A stretch of 64,000 bases of DNA from Pristiophorus japonicus. Taxonomy: Eukaryota. Under the pieces are notes generated by a model. It searched no databases, was not told the DNA's origin, and saw only the letters and a program-made list of their open reading frames with translations. A program made the position numbers and the translations under genes. This document shows positions 49,301 through 63,715 of this stretch, one piece after another (the first letter of the stretch is position 1; each line of letters begins with the position of its first letter). The DNA is taken from contig NC_091999.1 in assembly GCF_044704955.1 (NCBI RefSeq), positions 66,340,001 to 66,404,000 of the forward strand, written 5' to 3'.

Positions 49301-50792
49301 AGGCAGTTGAGAGAAGGTTGATTCCGGAAATGAGAGGGTTGACTTATAACGAAAGGTTTAATATGTTGGGTCTCTATTCATTGGAATTGAGAACATAGAA
49401 AAGTGATCTTATCAAAACATATAAGATTATGAGGGGGCGTGTCAAGGTGGTTGCAGAGAGAATGTTTCACTGATGGGGGAGACTAGAACTAGAGGGCATA
49501 ATCTTGGAACAAGGGGCCCCATTTAAAACTGAGATGAGGAGAAATTTCTTCTGAGGGTTTTGGATGTCTGGTACTCGTTGCCTCGGAGAGCTGTGGAAGC
49601 TGGGACATTGTCTAAATTAAATCAGAAATAGACACTTTTTTAAACGATATGGGGTTATTGGGAGCGGGCAGGGAAGGGGACCTGAGTCCATGATCGGATC
49701 AGCCATGATTGTATTAAATGGCGGTGCAGGTTCGAGGGACCTCTGTCCTCCCATCAGTTTTGGCCACTTTGTAAGCTTTTGTTTTTAATAGGATACCATC
49801 CATTATTTCTTCAGTTAGACACAGATGGCTATCTTTTCTTTTACACCCTTTCCCCCTCACTGGAATATATTTTTCTTGAGAGTTGTGAAATATCTCCTGA
49901 AATGTACGACTCTATTCATCAACCATCCTGCACTATATTCTATTTTCCCAGTCCACTTTAGCTAAATCTGCCCTCATACCTTTGTAGTCTCCTTAATTTA
50001 AGCTCAGTACGCTGGTTAGAGATCCAATTTTCTCGGCCGCCATCCGAACTTGAAATTCAACCATGATATCATCACTAATTCCAAGGGGATCCTTTACTAG
50101 GAGATTGTTTATTGATACTGTCTCATTACACAGGACCAGACCTAAGATAGCCAGCACAATCAGAGGGAGAGGAAACCATTGATTGTAGAACTGAACCCAG
50201 CCAGAGTCAGCACCATCCAGGGAGCGAAACCAATGAGTGGAACTGAACCCAGCCAGAGTCAGTACCTTCAGCGGAGGAGAGGGAGGGGAACGAGTGAGTG
50301 TAGAACTGAACCCAGCCAGAGTCAGTACCTTCAGGGGAGGGTGACCAGTGAGTGTAGAAATGAACCCAGCCAGAGTCAGTACATTCAGGGGAGGGGAACC
50401 AGTTAGTGGATCTGAACCCAGCCAGAGTTAGCACCTTCAGAGGAGGAGAGGGATGGGAACTAGTGATTGAAGGCTGATTCCGGAAATGAATGGGTTGACT
50501 TATGAGGATATGTTGAGTAGGTTAGGCCTGTACACATTGGAGTTTAGAAGAATGAGGGGTGATCTTATTGAAACTAATAAGATAATGAGGCGGCTCAACA
50601 AAGTGGATCCCGAGAGGATATTTCCATTTATAGAGGAAACTAAAATGAGGGTTATATTCTGGAAAGAAGGGGCCGCCCATTTAAAACTGAGATGAGGAGG
50701 AATTTCTTCTCTCTGAGGTTTGTAAATCTGCGGAATTCTCTGCCCCAGAGAGCTGTAGAGGTTGGGTCATTGAATATATTTAAGGCTGAGTT
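49300..50792. mobile_element. CR1 fragments (+ 49300-49740, - 49741-50150, + 50470-50792) flanking a minisatellite
   Basis: RLIPEM...LGLYSLE motifs and homology to the other CR1 copies. Confidence 0.8.
50150..50465. repeat. 54-bp minisatellite array
   Basis: Same unit, with GA-rich insert variants. Confidence 0.9.
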
Positions 50793-53467
50793 CGACAGGT
50801 TTAACAGAGGTGCTCAGAATCAGGAATGCTGTAGATTGAGTCAGGGAACAGAGTGGTTCTGCTCACACAATGAGAGAATGGTTACAGCACCGAAGGCCAT
50901 TCGGCCCGTCGAAACCTTGCCGGCTCCCAGCTAGTCCCACTGCCCCGCCCTTTCCACCGGCCCTGCAAATGTTTTCTTTCAGGTATTTTTCAAATTCCCT
51001 TTCGAAAGCTGTGATTGAGTCTGCCTCCACCAATCTTTCAGGGGGTGCTTTCCGGATCCTAACCACTCTGTGTAAATTAGATTTTTCTTACGTCGCCTTT
51101 GGTTCTTCGATCTATCACCTTAAATCCGTCTCCTCTGGTTCTCGACCCCTCCACCAATGGGAACAGTATCTCTCTATCTACTCTGTCCGGACTCATCATG
51201 ATTTTGAAAACCTCGATCAGTTCTCCTCTCAAGCTTCTCTGCTCCAAGGAGAACAACCCCAGCTTCTCCAGTCATTCCACGGAACTGAAGTCCCTCATCT
51301 CGTGAATCATTCTTGTCAATCTTTTCTGCATCCTCTCTCTGAGGCCTTCACATCCGAATGTGCACTGCCCAGAATTGGACACAATGCTCCAGTTGAGGCC
51401 GAACCAGTGTTTTACAAAGGTTCATCATAACCTTCTTGCTTTTGTACTCTTTGATGCCCAAGATCCTGTAAGTTTTTTTAACTGCTTTCCCAACCTGTCC
51501 TGTCACTTCAGCGATTTGTGCACATATACCCGCAGCTCTCACTGTTCATGCACGCCCTTTAGGATTGTACCCTTTAATTCATATTGCGTCTCCTCGTTCA
51601 TTTAATCATGCTTTTCTAATTTTATTTCATAACTCTGATTCACGGCCTCATTTTATTTCTTCCTTCGAGCCCCTCAACTTCATGTGGCAGTCTAATGTTG
51701 GTGAGTGGTGATTGATTGCCCTGGGAACCAACAGGAAGAGAGGTCAGAGGCCGGAGGGCCCAGGGAGCAGCGTGTTCTGCAACCAATCGCGGTGCTTGAG
51801 GGGTGGATCCTGAGTCGGCCTATCAGGTGAGTCTGTGTGAACCCTGTTAAACAACTTATCATTTAAAAGTTAAATCGAGATTTCTTTTGTCAACAAAACA
51901 GTTTAACATTTGTCAGTATTTTGTTTTCCTGGAGTTCATATTATCAGTTTCAGACACTTCAGTGCCCAGTGGCCCACGCGTTTAAACGTCATTCATTTCC
52001 CTCATGTCGCTGCAAGGGACAGAGATTGATTTCCCCGCATTATGCATTTGTAGTAGTTAAAGTAACATCCTTCCTGTTGGTAGTGAGTTACATTCTGTGC
52101 TGGGCGAGATGGCCTGTGGCATCAATCTTTAAAATATGCATCCTGTTGTTCAACTCTCTCCATGGTCTCACCCCTCCCTAACTCTGTAACCTCCTCCAGC
52201 CCACCAACCCTCTTAAGAGTTTGTTTTCTTTGGAACAGAGAAGGCTGCGGGGCGACCTTAATGAGGTGTATAAAATTATGAGGGGCCTAGATAGAGTGGA
52301 TAGGAATGACCTATTTCCCTTCGCAGAGGGGTCAGCAACCAGCAGAACGTTTTAGCCAGTACGTAGCAAGCCCAACAAGAGAGGGGGAAGTTCTGGACTT
52401 AGCATTAGGGACTGCAGCTGGGCAGTTGGGAGGGGTATCAGTGGGACAGCTTTTTGGTGCTAATCATCATAATTCAGTTAGATTTATGATTGTTATGGAA
52501 AAGGACTAAGATGGACCAGGAATAAAAGTTCTCAAATGGGGAAAAGCCAATTTTACTAAGCTAAGTTGTAATTTAGCCAAAGGGGACTGGAAGCAGCTAC
52601 TTGAAATGGTGAGAGGTTGGGAAATGTTCAGAGGGACCTTGGTGTCCTTGTACACAAAGCACTGAAAGTTAATGTGCAGGTACAGCAAGGAACGAAGAAA
52701 CCAAATGGTATGTTGGCCTTTATTTCAGGAAGATTTGAGTACAAGAGTAAAGACGTCTTACTGCAATTATATAGGGTCCTGGTAAGACTACACCTGAAGT
52801 ATTGTGTACAGTTTTGGCTGCTTACCTCAGGAAGGATGTACTTGCCGTTGAGGATGGCAACGAACGTTCACCAAACTGAATTCCTGGGATGGGAGGATTG
52901 TCCTATGAGGAGAGATTGAGTAGACTGGGCATGTATTCCCTCGAGTTCGGAAGAGTGAGAGATGATCTCATTGAAACATACAAAATGCTTAAAGGGCTTG
53001 ACAGGATAGATGCAGGGAGGTTGTTTCCTCTGGCTGAGGAGTCCAGAACCAGAGGTCACAGTCTCAAAATAAGGGGTTGGCCATTTAGTACTCAGATGAG
53101 CAGAAACTTATTCACTCATTAATCTTTGTAATTCTCGACCCCAGATGGCTTTGGAGGCTCTGTCTTTTAGTCTATTCAAGACAGAGATGGATAGATTTTT
53201 GTACATGAAGAGAATCAAGGTATATGGAATAGTGCAGGAAAGTAGAGTTGAGGTAGAAGATCAGCCATGATCTCATTGAATGGCAGAGCAGGTTCGAGGA
53301 GCCGAATGGCATACTCCTGCTCTGAAATCTTATGTTCTTATGTTGAAGTTAAATCAGTCTCAGAGCAGCGGTAGGCATTCAAGGAGGGGATAATGAGGGT
53401 TCAGAGGAAGTATGTTACCTTAAAGAAAAAGGTTGGTACGAATAAATCTAGAGCCCCCTGGATGTCA

Positions 53468-56400
53468 ACTTAAGAAATAGGAGCAGGAGTAGGCCATAAG
53501 GTCCCTCGAGACTACTCCGCCATTCAAAAAGATCATGGCTGATCATCGCCCTCAACTCCACTTTCCATCCTGATCTCCATATCCCTTGATTCACTTAGAG
53601 TCCAACAATGTATCTATCTCAACGTTGTATAGACTGAGCATCCACAGCCTTCTGGGGGAGAGAATGCCAAAGAGTCACAACCCTCTGAGTGAAGAAATTC
53701 CTCCTTATCTCTGTCTTAAATGGCCTACCCCTTATCCTGAGACTGTGCCCCCGAGTTCTAGAGAATCCAGCCAGGGGAATCAACCACTCAGCATCTAACC
53801 TGTCAGTCCCCTTCAGAACCTTGTACGTTTCAATGAGATCACCTCTCATTATTCGAAACTCGAGAGTGTATAGGCCCATTCTTCACACTATCTCATCATC
53901 AGACAGTCCTCTCATCTTAGGAATCAATCTTGTGAACCTTTGTTGCACCGTCTCCAAGGCTAGTGTTTCCGTCCTTAGAGAAGGAGACCAAAACTGTGCC
54001 CAGTACTCCAGGTGTGGTCTCATCAAGGCCCTTTTCAATTGTGTCAAGACCTCCTGACTCTTATACTCCAAAGCCTGGCAATAAAGGACAACCATTTGCC
54101 TTCCTTATTGTTTGCGTATCTGCATGCTCACTTTCTGTCTGTCTTGCACGAGGACACCCCAAATCTCTCTGAACACCGACGGTTAAAAGTTTCCCATCAT
54201 TTAAAAGATATTCTGTTTTTCTATTGTTCCTACCAAAGTGAATAACCTCACATTTCCCGACTCTATACTCCATCTGCCACCTTTCTGCCCACTCACATAG
54301 TCTATCTATATATATATTGCAGACTCTTGTGTTCTTACAGCTACTGTCCCACCTAGTTTTGTATCATCAGCAAATTTGGTTGCATTACACTCGGTTCCTT
54401 CATCTAGGTCATTAATTATAAATTCATCGAAATTTACTGCTTGGCAGGAGACCATTTCAGCCCACCGTGTCCGTGCCGGCCGACAAACAGCTATCCAGCC
54501 TAATCCCAATCTCCAGCTTTCGGTCCGTATCCCTTTGGTGATGGCACTTTAAGTGCACATACAAGTATTTTTTAAATGTGGTGTGTGTTTCTGCCTCTAC
54601 CACCATTTCAGGCAGTGAGTTGCAGAATCCCACAAACCTCTGGGTGAAGACATTTCCCTTTTTATCTCCTCTAAACCAATTACTTTAAATCTAAGCCCCT
54701 GGTTGTTGATCCCTCTGCCAAGGGAAACACGTCCTTCCTATGCACTTTATGCAGGCCCCTCATAAATGAATACACTTCCATGAGGTCTCCCCTCAGTGTC
54801 CTCTGTTCCAAAGAAAATAGACGCAGCTTCTCCAATCTTTCCTCATCGCCAAAATTCTCCAGTCCAGGCAACATTCTTGTAAATCTCCTCTGCACCCTTT
54901 CCAGTACAATCACATCTTTCATGTAATATGGTGACCAGAACTGCACACAGTATTCGAACTGCGGCCTAACCAGTTCAAGCATAACCTCCTAGCTCTTCTA
55001 TTCCATGCCTCGACTAACAAAGGCAAGTATTCCAAATGCCTTCTTAACCACCTTATCTACCTGGCCAGCCACCGTCAGGGATCTGTGGACCTGCGCTCCA
55101 AGGTCCCTTTGTTCCTCTACAATGTTCAGTGTTGTAGCATTTAATATGTAATCCCTTGCCTTGTTCGACCTCCCCAAATGCATTACCTCACACTTATCCT
55201 GATTAAATTACATTTGCCAATTGACTGCCCACCTGACCAGTACATGTACAGCTTCCTGCAGTGTGCAGTTTTCTTCTTAATTCTCAACCACACAGCTTAT
55301 TTTAATGTCACCTGCAAACTTCTTAATCATACTCCCAACATTGACGTCCAAGTCATTGATATATATACCGCAAAAACAGGGGACCCAGCACTAAGCCCTG
55401 CAGAACCCCACTGTAAGCAGCCTTCCAGTCACAAAAATACCAAATGGCCTACTCCTGCAACTATTTTCTATGTTTCTGTGATCCAACTTCCACAGCTCTC
55501 TGAGGCAGAAAATTCCACAGATTTACAACCCTTTCAGAGAATACATTCCTCCTCATCTCAGTTTTAAATTGGTGGCCCCTTATTCTAAGATTATGCCCTC
55601 TAGTTCGAGTCTCCCCCATCAGTGGAAACATCCTCTCTGCATCCACCTTGTCCCGCCCCCTCATAATCTTATACGTTTCGATAAGATCGCCTCTCATTCT
55701 TTGCAATTCCAATGGGTAGGGCACAAACTTCTCAACTTTCCTCATAAGTCATCCGCCTCCTCCCGGAAACCTTCTCTGACCTACCTCTAAAGCAAGTATA
55801 TCCTTTCATAAACATGGATCAGGAAGGCCAAGATTCCGTTCGAATTCCTGATCACTTGCTGCACGTGCATACTATCCTTTTGTGTTTCGTGCATAAGTAC
55901 CCCCAGTTCCCGCTGTACTGCAGCACTTTGAAATCTTTCTCCATTTAAATAATGACTTGCTTATTGATTTTTTTCTGCCGAAGTGCATGACCTCACATTT
56001 CTAATATAATACTCTATCTGCCAAATTTTTTCCCATTAACTGAGCCTGTCTATGTCCTTTTGCAGATTATATGTGTCCTCACATATTGCTTTTCCTCCCT
56101 TCTTTCTATCGTCAGCAAACTTGCCAATGTTACACTCAGCCCCTTCTTCCAAGTTCTTTAATATAGAATGTAAATAGTTGGTGTCCCAGCACTGATCCCT
56201 GCAGCACCCCACCAGTTATTGGTTGCCAACCAGAGAGTGAACCATTTATCCGACTGTCTGTTTTCTGTTAGTTAGCCAATCCTCTATTCTTGCTGATATG
56301 TTACCCCCAACCCCGTGAACTTTTATCTTGTGCAGTAACCTTTTACGTGGCACCTTGTCAAATGCCTTCTGGAAGTCCAAACACACCACACTCACTGGTT

Positions 56401-58480
56401 CCCCTTCATCCATCCTGTTTGTTACATCCTCAAAGAATTCCAGCAAATTTGTCAAACATGCCTTCCCCTTCATAAATCCATGCTGACTCTGCCTGACCAA
56501 ATTTTGTTTTTCCAAATATCCTGCTCCTGCTTCTTTAATAATGGATTCCCAACATCTTCCCAACCACAGATGTTAGGCGAACTGGTCTAGAGTTTGCTGC
56601 TTTTTATCTTTTTCCTTTTTTAAATAAGGGTGTTACATTTGCAGTTTTCCAATCGCTGGACCTCCCCAGAATCCAGGGAGTTTTGGTAAATTACAACCAA
56701 TGCATCCACTATTCCGGCTGCGACTTCTCAGGACCCTAGGATGCAAGCCTTCAGGTCCAGGGGATTTATCTGCCTTTAGTCCCATTATCTTACTGAGTAC
56801 CACCTTCTTAGTGATTGTGTTAAGTTCCTCCCCCCTTTAGCCCCTTGACTGTCCACTGTTGGGATATTGTTAGTGTCCTCTACCGTAAAGAATGATAGAA
56901 ACTATTTGTTCAGTGTTTCTGCCATCTCCATGTTCCCCATTACTAATTCCCCGGTCTTCTCCTCGAAGGGACCAACATTTACTTTCGCCACTCTTTTCTT
57001 TTTTATATACCTATAGAAACTCTTGCTATCTGAGTTTATAATGTGTGCTAGTTTACTTTCAAATTCTATCTTCCCTTTCTTAATATTTTTTTTCGTCATT
57101 CTCTGCTGGCTTTAAAAACCGTCCCAGTCTTCTGTCCTCCCACTAGTTTTAGCCACTTTGTATGCCCTTGTTTTTAATTGGATACCGTCCTTTATATCTT
57201 TAGTTAGCCACGGATGGCTATCTTTTCTTTTACACCCTTTCCTCCTCACTGGAATATATTTCTCTTTGAGAGTTGTGCAATATCTCCTCAAATGTACACC
57301 ACTGTTCATCAACGTCCTACACTTTAATCTATTTCCCCAGTCCATTTTACCCAACTATGCCCTCATACCTACATAATCTCCTTTATTTAAGATTAGTACG
57401 CTGGTTAGAGATCCAACTTTCTCACCCACCATCTGAATTTGAAATTCAGATCATGCAATGATCGCTCAGTCCAAGGGATCCTTTACTGGGAGATTGTTTA
57501 TTAATCCTGTCTCATTGCACAGGACCAGATCTAAGATAGCCTGCCCCCTGGTTTGTTCCGTTGCATACTGCTGAACGAACCCATCCCTCATGCACTCTAT
57601 GCACTCCTCCTCAAGACTACCCTGACCAATTTGATTTGTCCAATCCATATGGAGGTTAAAATCACCCATGATTATTGCTGTTCCCTTTTTACAAGCCCCC
57701 ACTATTTCCTCGTTTATGCGCTGTTAGTGGGCCTATAGACTACGCCCACCAGTGACTTTTTCCGTTTATTGTTCCTTATCTCCACCCAAACTGTTTAAAC
57801 ATCCTGATCATTTGAGACAATATCGTTTCTTACTATTTCAATGATTCCATCCTTTGTCAATAGAGCTACCCCACCTCCTTTTCCTTTTTGTCTGTCTTTC
57901 CGGATTACCCAGTGCCGCTGAATATTTAATTCCCAGTCCTGGTCACCTTGCAACCACGTCTCTGTAATGCCTATCAGGTCATTCCCATTTGTATCTATTT
58001 GTACCGTCAACTCATCTATTTTGTTACAAATGCTACGTGCATTTAGACAAAGTGCCTTGAAGTTTGTTTTTTTACACTTTCCTCTCTCCTTCAAACTCAC
58101 TTTCTTTATTTTTTCTTTCTAATTCTAGCTTTACTCCCCTCCCTACTGAATCTATTTTCAGGTTCCAATCCCCCTGCCAAGCTAGTTTAACCCCTCCCCA
58201 ATAGCACGAGCAAACCCCCCCGAAATGTTATTGGTCCCGGCTCTGTTGAGGTGTAACCCGTCTGGTTTGTACAGGTCCCACCTTCCCCAGAAGTGGTCCC
58301 TGTGCCTCAGGAAAGTAACGCCCTCCCGCCTGCACCATCTCTCCAGCCAAACATTCATCTGCTCTGTTGATCTGTTTCTGAAGTCATTAGCTCGTGACAT
58401 CGGGAGGAAACTGGAGATTACCAGCTTTGAGGTCCTGCTTTTTAATCTCTCTCCAAACTGCCTAAACTCTGCCTGCTGGA
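53468..58480 (-). mobile_element. Stacked minus-strand CR1 fragments in copy B
   Basis: ORFs 53619-53879, 54680-54982, 56246-56563, 57466-57702, 57795-58100 and 58182-58550. Confidence 0.88.
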
Positions 58481-59080
58481 GAGGGGTGGAATTGAACACA
58501 GCCAGAGTTAGTGCTTGTAGGGATGGGGCAGATGGGAGGGAGGGAACCACTGAGTATACAACTGAACCCAGGCAGAGTCAGCACCTTCAGGGGAGGAGAC
58601 GGAGGGGAATCAGTGAGTGTAGATCTGATCCCAGGCAGAGTCAGCACCTTCAGGGGAGGGGAACCTGTGAGTGTAGAACTGAACCCTGCCAGAGTTAGTA
58701 CCTTCAGGGGAGAGGAACCAGTGTGTCTAGAACTGAACCCAGCCAGAATCAGTACCTTCAGGAGAGGGGGACCAGTGAGTGCGGAACTAAACCCAGCCAG
58801 ATTCAGTACCTTCAGAGGGGTGGAGATGGAGTGGAACCAGTGAATGTCGACCAGGACCCAGACAGAGTCAGCTCCTTTAGGAGAGGGAGGGAAACCGTTG
58901 AGGGTCGAACTGAACCCAGCCAGTGTCATCATCCATAAGGGATGAGAGGGGAACCAATGAGTGCAGAACTGATTCCAGCCCGAGACAGCACCTTAACGGG
59001 CGGGGACAGAGGGGAGGGAGGGGAACCAGTGAGTGCAGTGCTGAAACCAGACAGATTCACCATCTTCAGGGGAGGAAAGA
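58480..59080. repeat. 54-bp minisatellite array
   Basis: Same unit; paralogous to 48883-49300. Confidence 0.92.
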
Positions 59081-59084
59081 CGAG

Positions 59085-60201
59085 GCAGTTGAGAGAAGGT
59101 TCACGAGGTTGATTCCGGAGATGAGAGGGTTGACTTATAAGGAAATATTGAGTCGCGATAAATGGTTCATTCTCAGTTTGGCAATCAGTAACTAGTGGGT
59201 TGCCGCAGGGTTCAGTGCTAGGACCCGAATTATTTACAATCTCTATTAACGACTTGGAAGAAAGGACTGAGTGTAGTGTAGCCACGTTTGCTTATGATAC
59301 AAATATGGGAGGAAATGCAATGTGTGAGGAGGGCACACAAAATCTGCAAAACGACATTGACAGGCTAAGTGATTTAGCAAAAATTTGTCAGATGGAGTAT
59401 AATGTTGGAAAGTGTGAGGTCATGCACTTTAGCAGAAAAAAAATCAAAGAGCATGTTATTATTTAAATGGAGAAAGATTGCCAAGAGCTACTGTACAGCA
59501 GAACCTGGGGGTACTTGTGCAGAAACACAAAATATCAGTATGTAGGTGCAGCAAGTTATCAGGAAGGCCAATGGAATCTTGGCCTTTATTACAAAGGACA
59601 TGGAGTGTAAAAGCTGGGAGGTCTTGCAACAGTTGTACAGGGTATTGGTGAGGCCACACTTGGAATACTGCGTGCAGTTTTGGATTCCGTATTTACGAAA
59701 GGATATACTTGCTTTGGAGGCAGTTCAGAGAAGGTTCACAAAGTTGATTCCGGAGTTGAGGGTGTTGACTTATGAGGAAAGGTTGAATAAGTTGGGCCTC
59801 TACTCATTGGAATTGAGAAGATAGAAAAGTGATCTTATCGAAACATAAAAGATTATGAGGGGGGTGACAAGGTGGGTGCAGAGAGGATGTTTCACTGATG
59901 GGGTAGACTAGAACTAGAGGGCATAATCTTAGAATAAGGCGCCCCATTTAAAACTGAGATGACGAGAAATTTCTTCTCTGAGGGTTGTGCATGTGTGGAA
60001 TTCACTGCCTCATAGAGCTGTGGAAGCTGGGACATTGAATAAATTAAATCAAAAATAGACATTTTCTTAAACGATAAGGAGTAATGGGGAGCGGGCAGGG
60101 AAGAGGACCTGAGTCCATGATCAGATCAGCCATGATCGTATTAAATGGCGGAGCAAGTTCGAGGAGCCGCATGGCCTACTGCTGCTTCTATACCTTATGT
60201 T
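59085..60201 (+). mobile_element. CR1 3' fragments (RT PQGSVLGP to tail)
   Basis: ORFs 59200-59466 and 59546-59824; tail ccttatgt at ~60200. Confidence 0.88.
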
Positions 60202-60202
60202 A

Positions 60203-60520
60203 ACCAGTGAGTGCAGAACTGAAACCAGACAGAGTCAGCATCTTCAGGGGAGGAGAGGGGAGGCAGTGAGTGTGGAAGTGATCACAGCCAGAGTCAGTAC
60301 CTTCAGGGTAGGAGATTGAGGGGAACCAGTGAGTGTGGAACTGAAACCAGCCAGAGTCAGCAACTTCAGCGGAGGGGAACAAGTGAGTGTAGAACTGAAC
60401 CCAGCCAGAGTCAGTACCTTCAGGGAGGGGAACCAGTGAGTGTAGATCTGAACCCAACCAGAGTCTGTACCTTCAGGGGAGGGGAACCAATGAGTCTACA
60501 AGTGAACCCAGTCAGAGTCC
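60203..60520. repeat. 54-bp minisatellite array upstream of the ZNF exon
   Basis: Same unit. Confidence 0.92.
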
Positions 60521-60721
60521 ACTCCCATAGGAGAAGGAAGTGTATCAGTGAGTGCATTTCTGAACGAAGTCAGAATTGGTGGTGAAAGTTGGGAGTGGAG
60601 GAGAAACACTTTAGAGCTGTGTGTTGATTTGAATTTCAGCACAGCAGGAGGGCAATGTGTGGAACAGGGATTTACAGCTTTGGAAGAACAAGTGAGGACA
60701 GAATGTTCCATGGAAACTAAT

Positions 60722-61820
60722 GGGCCAAATTTAGACTGACCCATATAACGGAGCATCTCCGAGAGGTCCGCCGACTTTCTGAAGGAAAATTGAGCCTTAT
60801 ACTTACCTCGGGATTCTCCACGGTGATGTGGTCTGCTTTGGACTGAGCACAAGAGAAGCAGCGGGGGGCGGAGCTACAGCCATGCGCCAAAAAGAGTGTC
60901 GGCAGCTGCCCGTGTGTGCCGTGGAGTCTGTGTGTGTACACAGTAGCTCCTGGCCCACCCAGCCTGTCGTGGCTCCGTGCGATCCTATCCCTGGCCGAAG
61001 GATCGACGCGCTGTTCGCATCCCCTAGCGCGGGCCGAGTGGCCTGCCTGCCTCGCCTCGCCACTGCCTAAACTCGGGCCTCGCCTCGCCAACCCTCACCT
61101 CGTCTTGCCGTCCTTCACCTCGCCGCTGCCTGTACTCGGGCCTTGCCTTGCCGCCACTGCTCTTACCTCGAGGCCTCCCTGCCAGCCCGCCCAAACACCA
61201 GCTCCACGATGGGGACGCCCGACCAACTCACCGGCGTAGCGCCCCGCCCAAACTCTTCCCCGGCGGTGCGCCCTGCCCAAACTCTTCAACCTTGAAAATG
61301 TAAGGAGGCAAGCAGGGCTGTGTTTGCTGCTGGAGGGCTCGCAGTGCTCCAGATTGGATAGGTGCTGCAGTAGGTGAGGTAGCAACATTTAATTTTTTAT
61401 TTATTGATTGACTTTTAATTTATTTTTAAATTTCATGTATTGATTGAGTTATTGATCATTTATTATTGATGATGTTTCTTCATTTTTAAAAGTGAAGTGT
61501 TTAATGCTTTGGAAAATCCTCTAACTTCCCTTCCCTCCACAACCCATCCCCCGCCCGCCATCTTTGGTTACCAGCGCCTGATTTCTAAAGTGTCCGCAAT
61601 GTTTTTCTGAGCGTACAAAAGTGGGCACTGACTCAGGCCTAAGTATATTTGGAGCAACTTTTCGCTGTCTAAACTTGCTTAACTGGCCCAAACCAGCGTA
61701 AGTGGCTGGAAAAAGAAACTGAACTCACTGATTGAAAGTGGAACAAACTAAACATGCAGAATTGTGATGTACAGGATACTTCAAAACAATAGGAGCAACT
61801 CCTGTCGAAACTTAACCCCC
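60722..61820. mobile_element. Probable non-autonomous DNA transposon (Harbinger-like) inserted upstream of the ZNF acceptor
   Basis: Degenerate inverted termini gggccaaattt / gaaacttaacccc; GC-rich core with cctcg repeats; flanks gaaacta|...|gatttgtct appear to rejoin. No clean TSD. Confidence 0.45.
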
Positions 61821-61881
61821 AGATTTGTCTATCCTGAATTTGTGTCTTGTACTGACAGTGATGAGTTATCTCCTTTTACAG

Positions 61882-62833
<952 letters not shown>

Positions 62834-63466
62834 CTGCAGGGGCTGGAATTTGCTGTTAATCACATCCTGACTGAACCATTTTCAATCTGAAAATTGGGGT
62901 TTGTTTCTGCTGCAAAACTCCTGCAACTGGACTAGAGTTTAATATTTGGGATATAGACAAATAAATAACTAAATGGGGGGATGAAATCTCGCCTCTGTAG
63001 GTTGGAGGCTGTTGTCCAGGTCACCTTGTCGGAGGCAAACCTGCTCGCCAGGCGTCGTGGCGTGTAACCCGGTTTCAAATGTCTAAAAATGATGCTAACA
63101 AAACACACCAAACTATTTTCTAGTTAGATTTGGGTACAGTATTCAATTCCTCAATAAAAAAAAATTTAAAAGAAAAAAATTATTGAACGTTCTTCCACGT
63201 TGGTTAAAAGTTTTTTCAGAACTTTTAAAAGTTTCGAGTGGAGTTTTGAAAAAGTTTTCCCAAAATATTTATAAGTTTCCCAAGTTGATTTCAAGTTTAA
63301 AATGAAAGTCTGAACTACGCTATCTCATTTGGTACTATTCCATGGGCGCTGTCAGCCCTCTTCAGCTGCAGAAAGCCCTGGCGAGTCCACACCTGGAGCA
63401 CTGCGGGAAAGTAGAGGCCTGGTCATCTCTGAAGGAGGCCCGGGCGCCTGGACACCAAATAAAGTT

Positions 63467-63715
63467 CCATGGTTAGAATCGCCGTGCACAGTGCCTGGTT
63501 TAGAATCCCCATGTACAGTGCCAGGGTTAGCCCCTATGGACAGTCCCAGGATTAGAATGCCCACATTCTCTCCCCGGGTTAGAATCGCCATGTACAGTCC
63601 CAGGGACATAATCCCCACTTACAGTGCCATGGTTAGAAACTGTCTGTGCAGTGCCAATGTTAGAATCCCGAAGTACAATCTCAGGGTTGGAATTGCAATG
63701 TACAGTCGCAGATTT
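63467..63715. repeat. Degenerate 27-bp tandem repeat (catgtacagtgccagggttagaatcgc-like)
   Basis: ~9 units; gives the 9-aa repeat NPGTVHGDS in ORF 63352-63618. Confidence 0.8.

Larger units (their letters stand above)
41180..50794 (+). repeat. Segmental duplication copy A (~9.6 kb; mosaic of CR1/L2 fragments, candidate exon, minisatellite)
   Basis: Collinear with 50795-~60200, including identical TE junctions (e.g. 43715/53345, 44783/54418, 45800/55440, 48880/58480). Confidence 0.9.
50795..60200 (+). repeat. Segmental duplication copy B
   Basis: Collinear with copy A at an offset of ~9.6 kb; moderately diverged. Confidence 0.9.
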
